From Macrostomum lignano (Eukaryota): DNA of 64,000 nucleotides. The stretch is taken from the NCBI GenBank assembly GCA_002269645.1, contig NIVC01002299.1, positions 1 to 64,000 of the forward strand, in the 5' to 3' direction. Position numbers and translations under genes: made by a program. Positions 24,187 to 37,037 of this stretch are shown here, in pieces. The first letter of the stretch is position 1. Every line of letters begins with the position of its first letter. The notes beneath the pieces were generated by a model that was not told the origin of the DNA, searched no databases, and saw nothing but the letters and a program-made list of their open reading frames with translations.

Positions 24187-24315
24187 TACCGCGGCCTAGG
24201 GCGATCTACCAGCTTACACTTACAAACTACCGCGGCCTAGGGCGATCTACCAGCTTACACTTACAAACTACCGCGGCTTAGGGCAATCTACCAGTCTACA
24301 CTTACAAACTACCGC
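24187..24315. repeat. 41-bp tandem repeat x3 upstream of TMEM11
   Basis: ACCGCGGCCTAGGGCGATCTACCAGCTTACACTTACAAACT. Confidence 0.9.
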
Positions 24316-24634
24316 GAATCGCTATAATCTACAGCAGCTTGGTACAGTACAAGCTACGAGTACCCGATTTCACCTGCAAAATTTATATTATTCCAGCTGG
24401 CTACAACTGAACCAACAAAATACACCAATTGAGTGCGTTCGTAAGAGTGCCAATCAATCTAAAATCAATAATAAGATACTATAATTCACACACTATCAAC
24501 TATTTAAAGTCAGAAAAGGAACAAAAACTGCGACTGTATATTTTTAAAACTACTACAATCTGTATTTATCAAATCAGTAGTGTTGAAATCGCAAGATACG
24601 GTAAAACCGGGCTTAGATCGGTGAAATAATAGTG

Positions 24635-24750
24635 AGACAGACAGGCAGGCAGACAGGCAGGCAGACAGACAAACAGGCAGGCAGGCAGGCAGGCAGACAG
24701 ACAGAGAGACAGACAGAGAGACAGACAGACAGACAGGCAGGCAGACAGAC

Positions 24751-24783
<33 letters not shown>

Positions 24784-24798
24784 GGCAGGCAGGCAGGC

Positions 24799-24843
<45 letters not shown>

Positions 24844-24862
24844 GGCAGACGCACAGACAGAC
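24635..24862. repeat. (GACA/GGCA)n microsatellite
   Basis: Directly visible. Confidence 0.96.
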
Positions 24863-25332
24863 ACAGCCAGTGAGGAAGCTGTGCTGGAAAATCAGACTAG
24901 ACAGACCAAGCGCAGCGGGGCGCAAGCAGTTCTGTTATGTACACAGGAAAGACTGCGGGCTGCGAGACTCTCCGTGTGCCGCAACAAAACTAGCAGGCTG
25001 TGTGCGGGCCTCAGGCTTGGAGAAACGACAACAACATACAAAAAAAATTGATAGAATATGAGTACAACGGACAAACAAAGAAATTACTGTCTAAAAGAGA
25101 GTCGGCTTACAGACAACCAGCTGGAGTAGCTATAATCAAGGCATATTTAGCTATCAAAGGCATATTGAGAATACATACATACCGGTAGCAGCATAGCAAA
25201 GCTAGGTAAGTTATATTTTGGCTGAGTTGAAATAGCAACGCACAACGCATTTTAGAGCAAATAAAAAGAGAAACATTCAATGACAAAATTGCACAATGGA
25301 TTTTCCGAGTTACAAAAACTCCAATCACTCTA

Positions 25333-27165
25333 CTACGGCAGTCGATAGAGCACGCCGGAGGTTGTATCGATGGCCCGGAGAGTGCCATCGCCAACCAGAT
25401 CGTGCATCATGTACTCTAAAGGCGGAGACGACTGCGGCAGGCGGGTCTCCAGCTCCTGGAAATGGGAGGCGGGTCTTTCATTAGGATTCGTTACACATGA
25501 TCAGATTGGATAAAATTTACCGGCCCAGACTGTTGAGGGTGGCCGCCCAGCAACTGAGGATCTGGGAGGATGGCTGGCCCAGCAAATGAGGATCTGGGAG
25601 GCTGGCCCAGACACTGAGGATCTGGGAGGCTGGCCCAGCAACTGAGGATCTGGGAGGCTGGCGGCCCGAGCAACATTTGGAGAGGTCTCAGCAAAACACT
25701 GCAGTTCGGCTCGTGTGATTTTGAAGACTTCAGCGAAGCCATGCAAATAAATCCTATCAACCTACCGAGCGCAGCATCTCCTTGAACTTGGTGCGGCGTA
25801 CAGTCCGCAGAATCCTGACGCGCATCTTTCGGTAGACGCTGACAAAGCGGCCCATGTCAGGACAGGCCACCCAGTAGCAGCCGAAGTCGCGCACAGTGAG
25901 GAAGCCGGCCTGCACCAGATCGGAGATTTCCGTATCAGAGAAGGGCAGATTCGGGCCCGGGGTCACACTGAGGTCTGTGGTCTCACGAAGCACCAGATTG
26001 AGGTACCTTCCTGGCAGTGGTTGGTGTATGCAATTAAATGATGCTTTGTACTCGTATTAAAGTATTCAACTTTTAAACCATGCCTCAAATGCTAATGCAC
26101 CTGCTGAAAAACTGTCAGATGCCAATGCACCTGCTGATACAGTCTGTGTCAGATGCTAATACACCTGTTTACACTGTGTCAGATGCCAATGCACCTGCTG
26201 ACACTATCTGTGTCAGATGCTAATACACCTGCTGATACAGTCTGTGTCAGATGCCAATGCACCTGCTGACACTATCTGTGTCAGATGCTAATACACCTGT
26301 TTACACTGTGTCAGATGCCAATGCACCTGCTGATACAGTCTGTGTCAGATGCCAATGCACCTGCTGATACAGTCTGTGTCAGATGCCAATGCACCTGCTG
26401 ATACAGTCTGTGTCAGATGCTAATACACCTGTTTACACTGTGTCAGATGCCAATGCACCTGCTGACACTATCTGTGTCAGATGCTAATGCACCTGCTGAT
26501 ACAGTCTGTGTCAGATGCCAATGCACCTGCTGATACAGTCTGTGTCAGATGCCAATGCACCTGCTGATACAGTCTGTGTCAGATGCCAATGCACCTGCTG
26601 ATACAGTCTGTGTCAGATGCTAATACACCTGTTTACACTGTGTCAGATGCCAATGCACCTGCTGACACTCTGTGTCAGATGCTAATACACCTGTTTACAC
26701 TGTGTCAGATGCCAATGCACCTGCTGATACAGTCTGTGTCAGATGCTAATGCACCTGAAATACATAAAAGTACACAGTGAACTGGCGCTCACTGAAGACC
26801 ACATCTGGCAGGCGGCCTTGCCGAGTCCGGGCAAAAGCTTCGAATTCTTCAGACAGCATCAGAGCGAATCTTTCGTCAGTTTCGCCGCCAATTTTAAACA
26901 TTCGCAGCCGGCCGGAGTCGCGCAGCTGCTGAAGCTCCTGATCGATGCAAGCCCGGCGCAGACAGAGGCTGTACAGCTGGTGCTTCAAGGCGATGCGGGG
27001 CAGAGCTGGCTTGAAGCTGTCAGCTGGGAACAGCGTCAGGAGGCGCTGGACGCTGGGCCAAACTTCGCCATCCGAGTCCGATTCGTTGCCATTATTGGAC
27101 TGGCGAGCCCGCTTGATGTGGCCTGGCAGCACCAGGTCCCGGATGATGATGCGCCGCTTCAGCAT
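25333..27165 (-). CDS. STK19: STK19 (winged-helix transcription-coupled repair factor), 3 exons, 246 aa
   Basis: Exons 27165-26793, 26010-25766 and 25455-25333, phases consistent. LFPADSFKPALPRIALKHQLYS, EISDLVQAGFLTVRDFGCYWVACPDMGRFV and YMMHDLVGDGTLRAIDTTSGVLYRLP* match the STK19 family. Confidence 0.9.
25545..25665. repeat. ~28-bp repeat x4, STK19 intron 2
   Basis: CCCAGCAACTGAGGATCTGGGAGGCTGG. Confidence 0.85.
26085..26758. repeat. 32/34-bp minisatellite, ~20 copies, STK19 intron 1
   Basis: TGTCAGATGCCAATGCACCTGCTGATACAGTCTG and variants. Confidence 0.95.
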
Positions 27166-27667
27166 CCAGTGAAGCTCTATTTAATGCACACCCAACACAT
27201 GTAGCTGCTGTTTGTCAGCCATGCAATAATGCAAATAGTTTCAATATAAGGAATTGCATGGCTAAATTTTTACAGACCAAATACTGTTTTGGGGAAATAA
27301 CCCTTAGTGTAGGCATATAGTCCTAGGAAAATGCCATCATTTATTTAATTGTGAAAATTATTTTTTTTTAATCAACATGTCTATGCAACTCCATATACTA
27401 AAAATTTATTGACGATTTTGACAAAGATTCATGGGTTTTATATCAAATAAGGCCCATGCTTATATTATAAGCCTATATCATTGTCTCTATTTGAATAATA
27501 ATTCTAGCAGAAATTTGCCAAGGTGTTATTTCCAAAGCTGATGTATGAAGATTATATCAAAGGGTCTTAGATTGACCAAGTAGAGAAAGAGAGAGGAAAG
27601 TCTAAAAAGCTCTTTTTGAAAGCTTTGAAGCTTTTTTGAAGTTTTTCTCAAAAAATCTTGTTGTAGC

Positions 27668-28055
27668 AGGCCTTGTTAAATGGTGCTAAAGTAGCCTACC
27701 ATATGCTAAGGGCCATGTTGTAGCTATACTAATTGCTATATGACAAGCCTTGTTAAATGGTGCTAAAGTAGCCTACCATATGCTAAGGGCCATGTTGTGT
27801 AGCTATACTAATTGCTATATGACAAGCCTTGTTAAATGGTGCTAAAGTAGCCTACCATATGCTAAGGGCCATGTTGTATAGCTATACTAATTGCTATATG
27901 ACAAGCCTTGTTAAATGGTGCTAAAGTAGCCTACCATTTGCTAAGGGCCATGTTGTATAGCTATACTAATTGCTATATGACAAGCCTTGTTAAATGGTGC
28001 TAAATAGCCTACCATTTGCTAAGGGCCATGTTTTAGCTATACTAATTGCTATATG
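27668..28055. repeat. 77-79-bp tandem repeat, ~5 copies
   Basis: GCCTTGTTAAATGGTGCTAAAGTAGCCTACCATATGCTAAGGGCCATG...ATATGACAA. Confidence 0.93.
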
Positions 28056-28843
28056 ATAAGTGTCATATATCTAGCAAATATAATACAGTACAGTAAGCAT
28101 CACCTTAGAAAATATGTTATATTATTAAATCACATTGAAAATTCAAATTTGGCAATTAGCCAAGATGCATAAGATTTTAGCTAGGCCTATGGCACAATAT
28201 ATTGCCTCATATTTAAGAATGTTTACTTGGCATCTATCTGGTTTTTTTGGCATGAGTGCCATGGCATCCTGATTTTTTGACATCTTAGATTTGGACCTCT
28301 AATACCAAATTGACACCCTGTTTTTTAGATTAATACCAAATTACAAAACTTAAAAGAGAAATAAAATTGTCCATGGTTGATCTAAAATGAGATAGAATTG
28401 AATAGACTAGCTATGCAAGGCATAACTATGGTTTTGTTTGTTGTATTATTTCTTGTTTTGAATTTGTTCCAGCGCTCATAGAAATGGCTGGATGACCATC
28501 AGCTCCTACGACGATCATTCTGGTAGGCAATTTGCGTCCGCCTGCAGAGCTGTGCCAACTGGACCTCACGATGAGAGACCTGGCAGCCGTGACAACAGAC
28601 ACGCTGGCTACTATTCGTTGGTTGACCAACTATAGGCTGCTTGCCAATGAATAGCAGTGTGGATGCCAGCCGGGTGCTCAAATGCGTTAATGCCAAGGTG
28701 CCCAGTTTATTGATAACTTGGCTTGGGCCTGCAAAGACTGTCGTGCCCAAGTTTCTATAAGGAAGGGATCTTTTTTTTGAAGCCAGCCATTTGACTCTGC
28801 AGCATCTTTTTTGAACTTAAAATAATATAACGAGCCATTCTAA

Positions 28844-29011
28844 CATGCGCAACTTTGGGATTCACCCGGCCGTTTCTATTGGCAACACACATATGTAAGT
28901 CGCTATTGGACAGAACAGTAGTCACGTGACTGCTCTCAGCCAATAGCGACTTACATGCATGTGTTGCCAATAGAAACGGCCGGGTGAATCCCAAGGTTGC
29001 GCCCAAGCATG
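28844..29011. mobile_element. Foldback (palindromic) MITE, copy 1
   Basis: Arms GCGCAAC.TTGGGATTCACCCGGCCGTTTCTATTGGCAACAC...TAAGTCGCTATTGG and their reverse complement around a central AGTCACGTGACT; homologous copies at 34390 and 42251. Confidence 0.8.
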
Positions 29012-29783
29012 GAGCCATTTTTATGTGTGCTGGAACAAATTCGAAACAAGAAATAATATAACGAACAAAACCATAGTTATGCCGCTATGCAATACATTGG
29101 GAATTTAGGACTTAGGTTAGAAGCTCCAAGTCAGAGCAATGTTAGGAGCAAATTAAAGATATAAGAATATTCTTAATTTTTTAACTTTTTATTAATGCCA
29201 CTTGGCATCTTAGTATTCATTTTGGCATTTGGGTTTTTTAATTTTAGGTTTAAGACTGACCTTTTTAATTTTAGGCTTTGTTGCAAAAGTTTTGACTATT
29301 TTGGCTATATAAGGCCTAGGCCTAATGTTCATGAATAAATAAAGGATAAAAAGCAAAAAGATGTCATACTACTCTACTAGCCATAGAAGTTAGTTAAACA
29401 AATTTAAACAAAAATAGCAAAAAGAAGTTCTTAAACAAAAATGATTTGAAGAGCAAATGACAGTGCCTAGTAATGGAAAATCACAATAAAAAACAATTTT
29501 TAAATATAAATTTTGTAAGCTTCTGATGACTTGACCAATTTTTCTTTGTATTTATACAAATTAGATTTATCAAATTAAATAAAAATACTAAAAAATAAGG
29601 CCTAATTTTTTTAATCTCATTAGAGTTCTTATATTAGGCCTATAATTGGATAGTAGATTAATCTATTATTATAAGACTAAGTCTATGAGACAAGCAATTT
29701 AGTGCTTATTAGTTACTCAATTAGGCCTAGTATAAGATTAAGAACATTTGCCATTATAGCACAATGATAGATCTAAGATTTTT

Positions 29784-31100
29784 GGTATTCCTTTGGTTAA
29801 CAATCACCTCAAACAGTGACGATCACCACTAAAAACAGTTGTGAGACATAAAACCTGATGGTGGTTTCCAATGAAAAGAAATCAAAAGTTGGCGAACTGA
29901 CTTTGTTTATTTTAAAAGATGGTAAGACTATTGTAGCTTATATTTCACCTTTGGTTTATGATCACCTACATGTGTTGCCCATTGAATTGAAATGATTGTG
30001 AACCAAAAGCTGGCTGTAGGAAAGCATGTCAAATTTAACAAATAGTAACATGCAGAAAACCATGCTGCTCATTCCAAATCGAGGGCATCAAAATCCCCCC
30101 CCCTCATCTTTAGTTTACGATTGTTGTGTCACTGCACGTGATCGTACCAGCTTCCTAAGAATATTCTGCAGCGAATGAGCCTAAGAGTTGGCATCAGCCC
30201 ACTGACCAGACTGACTCCACTACTGAGCATGGGATCGCATCGAGGTAAGGCAATCAGTCCATCCCTAGAGCATACGGTACCCACTTTATACAAGTCCCAA
30301 ATGATTAATAAATTCAGACGTAAGTCACTTATGACTTCCAATCAGCACGGCGGTAGGCAAGGCGGCGAATTCAGTTATATAGTAGTATTGAGATTTTGAT
30401 ATCACAGTTAAAGTTTATTGATTCTGTAGTGGCAGACATCAACAGCAACCGCTCACTTTGCCCCCCCCCCGCCAGCAGTTCTCTATTTATTTAGGCTGCC
30501 TGGCGTAAGCCCTAGGGTTTCACGCCAGACAGCATTATCAACAACCCAGAGCAATACCAACTTGTTGGCCAATCACCTTTGAGGGAGGGGTAGCGCATAT
30601 AGCAAAAAAGGGGGGAATTAACAAGTGCTCAAAAAGGGGGGGCAGAGGGGCCAGGCCAGCCAATCCGGCTGGGAACGCATAATAAAAAGGGGGGCAGATA
30701 ATAAGGGGCTGACACACAACTGGGGGGGGGGGTTTGGCGCAGTCAGAAAGAGGGTGGGGGGTTGACGCAGGCACACGGCCGGGAGGGGTGGGAGTGCAGT
30801 GCCGGGCACACTTGACCGAGAGCCAGAGATTGCTCATCGGTGAAAGTGCACTCGGGCACAACACGATCACTTACCATAGGCCTACATGAACTCTACTGAA
30901 ATGATTGCAAACCGAAGCTGGCAATATTACCTTTACCCAAAGTGCATGTGCATTATGTACAATATTAATTTTAACCCAGCTTTGGTTCACAATCATTTCT
31001 ATTTGCGTTACACATTTAAATTATCATTTACCCAAGCTGATATATAAGCATTATCTAACAAACCGCACTTTCAACTTTGCATATTCTTCGTTTTTTTATA
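29784..31100. mobile_element. Degenerate copy of the Merlin-like MITE family (inverted relative to the 34360-35920 copy), interrupted by a ~790-bp insert at 30106-30890
   Basis: 29935-30105 and 30895-31050 align to the reverse complement of 35765-35615 and 35450-35290; repeated CTTTGGTTTACAATCA motifs. Confidence 0.6.
30490..30880 (-). mobile_element. Possible 5'-truncated LINE 3' end (hairpin plus TAAATAAATA tail)
   Basis: Near-perfect palindrome CTGGCGTAAGCCCTAGGGTTTCACGCCAG followed on the minus strand by a (TAAA)n-like tail; no ORF evidence. Confidence 0.3.
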
Positions 31101-34100
31101 TAGTTTTTTTTATTTGAGCATTTGATCAGCATAAAATTTTGTGATCGTAAAGAAGGTAAGTAAGTATAAGTAAGTAAGTTTGGCTCAGGCAAGAAGCCTG
31201 TTTGACCAATATATTTCAATGTATTTAATAATACTTCCAGAGTAGCAGGAAATATTCATGCATTAAACCTGTTGTACGAGTTTTGCAATGATATAGTATT
31301 TGAAAGAGTGACTAAATTTCTCTACGAAACTTCAAACGATCTTTAACGACTATCTTAAATGACTATTAAATACTATTGTGGCAGTTGGGTGCCACTAGTG
31401 AACCTTGATTAACAATTTACTCTAGTAACTTTTAAATCGCATGCACAAGAAACATTAATTTTGTGTCCACTCAGTGAATTTTGGCATTCTATTTCCGTTG
31501 AGTGGACATCCAGCTATACTGTATGTGGCTTTCATCTTTGGACAGTGCGTGTTACCCTTCGTTGGATTTTTGTTATAATTATTCTTTCCTCATTGCGACA
31601 AAGCCGTCCACCCGATGTATCCACGCATTGTATTTTAATCCAACGGCCAGTCTAGTGCCTCCTCCAATTAATGTTCATGCTATTTTCTCACTATTTAATC
31701 TGCTCATGACGAATCATCTCAAGTAACCTACTTTTCCTACTTCCGTTGTTTACCACCGTCTCCTACTTTTCTAAAGTTAATCGTACCAGTTTTCTTTATC
31801 CTACACGTTTATTTAGCGCACCGGCGCCCGTGAATTCCATCCTCGTCTCTAATATTAAGAATAACTAAGCTATAAGCCTGTTTCGTTAATAATAGACACC
31901 AAATAAACATTTAATCCAATCCATATTTATTCCGTTGACATAAGCCATAGTATTTATTGAGTAATTTGCCCGTGGGGCGTAAAATGACCAAAAGTCCTCA
32001 TCTCAAAGAAAGCTCTGGGACTTATTCGTTCCGTAATACGTAAATTACGGTGGTGGCAGCTCTACCCTACTGACAGTAACGAGTTCAACACATCGACGCA
32101 TTAATTTACGGAGTCAGAATCTCCGGTGTCTACAACTGAACGACCGTGCCGCTCTACGACCGCTCCGCTACGATTACGACTACCCTCCCCCGGACTTAAG
32201 AACCCGGCAGTCGGAGTAAAAGGAGAAGTTTTCCCGTTGAGATTCGTCTGCGCAGTTTTTTCCGGTTTTATTTGTGCGAACTCAACGTCGGCGGCAATTC
32301 AAACGTGGAATCCGCCCCACCTCACTTTAAGTGTCAGCAAATTATTTTCAAAACCGAGAATTTCCAAGAAAATTTCTCTACCCCCACCTCACTATCTTAA
32401 CAATGATCTTAAAAGTATTTAATTAAGGAATTAAAAACCCTGTATTGTATAAACTTGATGTATCAGCTTATATTGGCCTAACTTTTTAGATAAGACCACA
32501 TAAGCCCCAGATCAACCCAAAAATTGTAGGCCCTTAGACCTCTTATATACAATTCTAGCCATTGCAAAAAGGGGGGCAGCATTTATTAAAAAATCTAATA
32601 TAACAAATATTGTAAACTATTTATATTAAAAATGATAGGGCCCTAGTGAATTGTGATTGTTTAATAAATTATTTTTAATTGTACACTAATTAAACTAAAT
32701 AATCAACAAAATACATTACAACTCTATTGTGATTAAAGTATTATTATAAAGTATTAAATATTTTGATTCTAAAAGATGGGCCTAGGCCTAGCTGCCTAGT
32801 TCCTAGGTTAAGGGGCCTAGCTATTTATTTAGGTGCTAATCAATTTAGCAACAAACAAATTTGGCAAAAAAATCATTATGAACAAATTCAAATTTGGCAA
32901 TAATCTTATCAAATTTAACAATATAATAATTCTGTATAATCTTATTAATTCTTTTGGTACAATGGTATTAAATGATGCAAATTAGTTTTCTTTTTCAATT
33001 AAGTTTGTTTTATCCATTATTTAGGCCTATCCTAAACTTTAACAGTGCACACAACCCCCTTGCCTCTAATAAAAAAAACTTTAATTTAATATAACTAAGG
33101 GATAGCCTAACAAGAAAATAAAAATTAGGATTTTATAAAATGTGTGGGCAAAAACAGATTTCTGTTTTTTATTAGACAGGGCCTATGCTATACTAGATTA
33201 TATTTAAGGGCCTATATTCATTGTCTAGATACAAACCCAAAACTGAAAATTAGGCCCTAGCTTTTAGTTTTTGCCACACTTAGAGACATGGTGGCTGTCT
33301 ATAATTATAATACACTTTTATAATGCAACTTATTTAGTAATACTGCCTAGGCCTAGTTAGTTCCATATTTAGACATGGTTATAATATTAGAGCTTATAGA
33401 TATGGCAGCTATGTCCTTAGGTCTAATATAGAATGTGTCTCACAATTTTGAACAGAAAAATGGTAAACAGATCATGTTTGTAATTTTATTGATTATTTAT
33501 TCCACCATTTTTGTAGGCCTATAAACAAGCTTCTTTAGAGGATCATAAAAATTGGATATATATCAAGGAAATTCCTGCAACCAAAAAAGTTACACATTAG
33601 AGACATCCCACTTTCTATTGGATATGTAATTTTGCTATGTGGCAGACACGGCCGCCGTGTCTAGGCCTAGGGACTATCCTATAAGTATTCTGTTTAGTTT
33701 TAATAAACTATTATAGTCAATTGCATATTGAAATTTTCTGACATGCAATGCATCACTCAAATTAATGTATATGTATACCGTATACTATCTTTGTTTGTTT
33801 GTTCCACATTGACCCATTGGCCCATTGGATTGGGTCCATGGTAGATTCAAATAATATGATTTGAATATTGATTTTGGGTTTCAAGTTTCTATAAAAATTT
33901 ATTATAGCAACTAAAAACCTAGCAAAAAAGGGAATGAAAGACAATTTTTGTTGAAGGTCAACTAAAAAATTATGGCACAATCTTGTATGTTTTCTTTTTT
34001 CTGAAGTTTCAGGCACTTTATAAAAAGTAGGCAAACAAACTAAGTTGCAAACTAGTAGGTTTAAAATTTGACTTGCATTTTCTAACAACATATTAAATTT

Positions 34101-34389
34101 TTGTGTTTAATTCGTCAGTCAGTGACCCTCAGATAATGTTATGCTTTTTTAAGTCTAGGTCTGCTTTTGCTAGCGCTAGGCTACCAGAGCCTAGTTTGGG
34201 TTTTTTGCCCACACATTGCATACCCACATAATTCATAAATTCAATTATTTAAATTATTAATATTATTATAAATTATAAATGTAATAAGTTAATTAAAAAT
34301 TTAAAAAATAATAAAATCCTACTTCAGTTCAAACAATCACATACTGGCATTCCTAATCTGGCAATCCTTTGGTTTACAATCCCTTCAAA

Positions 34390-34497
34390 CATGCTTGGGC
34401 GCAACCTAGGGATTCACCTGGCCATTTCTATTGGCAACACACACATGTTAGTCGCTATTGGATAGAATAGTAGTCACGTGACTGCTCTCAGCCAATA
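34390..34497. mobile_element. Foldback MITE copy 2 (left arm and centre only)
   Basis: Homologous to 28844-29011; truncated where the Tc1-like MITE begins. Confidence 0.75.
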
Positions 34498-35287
34498 TCA
34501 GGGGTGTCCCAAAAGTAGTGTTACTTTTCACTATATCTCTTGTTCTGCTGATCCAAATAGCATCATTTTGCACAGATTTATAGCAACAACTCTCTTCTTC
34601 ATATTAACTTTAACATCATTAAAAACAAAACAAACATTATAAACTAAAATGTAGTAGGACCTTGACCATAGACTTACAGTAAGTAAACAAGTTAACAAAA
34701 ATTTGAAGTGTTAGCTCACAAATGGGTAATTGGCTGTAATGAATACTGCAAAATGACTGTGGTGAATGACTCCAATAGACCCATGAGCCATTGAGCCTAT
34801 GAAAGTTGAACATGAATCTTGGTTAAACTGTGCCCTATCCTCCAAAGGGTATATAACACACTCCTCTGATCAACACTTAAATGCACATCCAAGACTTTTA
34901 GTGCATTAAAAGAAGGGAACAAAAAGCAATAAAGCTGAAGCCTAGTTTAAAATATTCTGTTGCTTTAAAAGCTATATATGCTTCTTAAGTTTTTCCATAG
35001 ATATCACTTTGTCATAGCAGCCTAACAAAGAAGTCTGAGTTCATTCAATCCAAAGTACTTTTGCTACTTTCTGCTAGCTTGTCAAATTACTGTAGGTCTA
35101 TGGTTAAGGTCCTGCTACATTTGAGTTTATAACTTTTGTTTCCATTAATCCATTGTCTGTTTTTAATGATGTTAAAGTTAATATGAAAAAGAGAGTTGCC
35201 ACTATAAATCTGTGCAAAATGATTTTATTTAGATCAGCAGAACAAGAGATATAATGAAAAGTAACACTACTTTTGGGACACCCCTTG
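34498..35287. mobile_element. Tc1/mariner-like MITE with ~190-bp TIRs, flanked by TA
   Basis: (T)CAGGGGTGTCCCAAAAGTAGTGTTACTTTTCA...GGACCTTGACCATAGAC at 34498-34680 is inverted at 35093-35287; TA on both sides. Confidence 0.85.
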
Positions 35288-37037
35288 TATATCACCATCG
35301 ACTTTGGTTTATGATCATTTGAGTATGTAATGCACATAAAAATGATTATAAACCAAAGCTAGGTAAAAGTTAATACTGTAAAAGTAATCCCCATGTATTC
35401 CATGTAAAGGCAAAGATATTGTCAGCTTTAGTTTGCAATCATTTCAATAGAATACATTTATAGAAATGATCATAATAAACTAAGGGTGAAAGGATGTAGT
35501 ACTAAAGATTAATTTTAATAAAGCTAAGAGCTTCCATTTCCATTACGTTTCTATTTGAGAGTTTATAGATAAAGTATAGCATGGAATTGGAAGCCACAGT
35601 ATAGTTGTCTCAATATTTCATATTTGCCCTTGATCTAGAATGAGTAGCAGTTTTCTGTGACTATTTGATATGCTTTTCTATAGCCAGCTTTGGTTTGCAA
35701 TCATTTTAATAAAAAAGGTACATTTGGGTGATTGTAAAGCAAAGGTGATATATGAGCTATTAGCAAACTGATATTTGAAAACATTTGACATTAGAAAACA
35801 TTTATAATCATTTAAAACTACTGTCAGTTTTTATGTTTTACAATGGGCAAAAGTGGCCTATAATGTGATCATAAACTGAAATTAGCAAAATAGAAAATGA
35901 TTGTAAACTGAAGGATTGCCCCTAATCTTACTTTGACATTTTATCTCACATTTTTATTTTAATTTGTATTTTTGTCTTTTTTTAGGTATTTCTACTTTTG
36001 AATTAGATTTTTAGCTTCTAGACATATTTTTAAAAAGCAGGCTAGGCATAGAAGGTAAGCAGCCAGGCCCTATTACTTTAATTGAGACAGATAAAAAAGA
36101 TCAGATAAAATATTTCACTCTTATATTAAATACCTTATCTAATCAGCTAATTCCTTAGGAGCATAAGGTAATAAATGGTCAAAGTGACTTAAAGAAAAAG
36201 TATTAAGCCTAAGACAAGTTAAGTATTATCTATAAACCATATTTTATTATCTATAAGGGTGTGTGTTCATACATGCCAACATCTAGCCAACCTGGCTAAT
36301 TTGGATAGGTGGCAAGAGGTCTAGCCAAAGTAAGTTAAAAACCCCAAAAATTAGACAAAAGAGAAGAAAAAAGGCAAATAAAAAAGAAAGAGAAAGGTAG
36401 AGAAAAAATTATAAAGCAAAACAGAGGTCATATTGTAGCCAAATATAGCTAAGTTGCAACTAGAGGCAAAAACTAAGTTCTGGCCAAGCAAGTAAAATTT
36501 TCAAATTGGGCATGTATAAGGGTTTTTTTTATTAAAATATATTCTTTTTTATTGTTTAGACTTAGAAAATAATAATACTAGCTAATATAGCAAGCTAATA
36601 TATATTCAAGTAATATATAACTTGTTAAATTAAATCTAATTTGATTTTCATAAAATCTAATTTGCATAAAAGTTATTAGGTCTATATAATCTTTAAATAC
36701 CAATAAATTATTTTTTACTATTAATATTCATATATATTATAGCTATATACAGGCTTTCTAATTTAATTTAATTTATAATTATAATTGTTGATAAAAAGAC
36801 CAGCAAATCTTAAAAATTGAACTGCTATATGACAAATATAAATATAAGATATCTTTAATCAAAATATTTAGAATCTAGTTAATGCTTAAAAAAGAACCAA
36901 GTCAAGATATTAAACTAGATCATAGTCAACATGTTAAAACCTATCCTTATTAGTAAATTGCAAATCAAATCAACATATTAAAACTAAAACCTAATATGCT
37001 AAGTCTTACATTGAGAGTTTAATATAGGGGTTTAATA

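Larger units (their letters stand above)
34360..35920. mobile_element. Non-autonomous DNA transposon with 22-bp TIRs and an exact 8-bp TSD (Merlin-like or hAT), carrying nested inserts
   Basis: GGCAATCCTTTGGTTTACAATC at 34360 and GATTGTAAACTGAAGGATTGCC ending at 35920; CCTAATCT at both 34352-34359 and 35921-35928. Confidence 0.82.

Noticed and set aside
29775-35930. A single 6-kb element bounded by ~600-bp inverted repeats
   Set aside because: The right-hand block has its own TIR pair and exact TSD (34360-35920), so the two blocks are separate, oppositely oriented copies of one MITE family.
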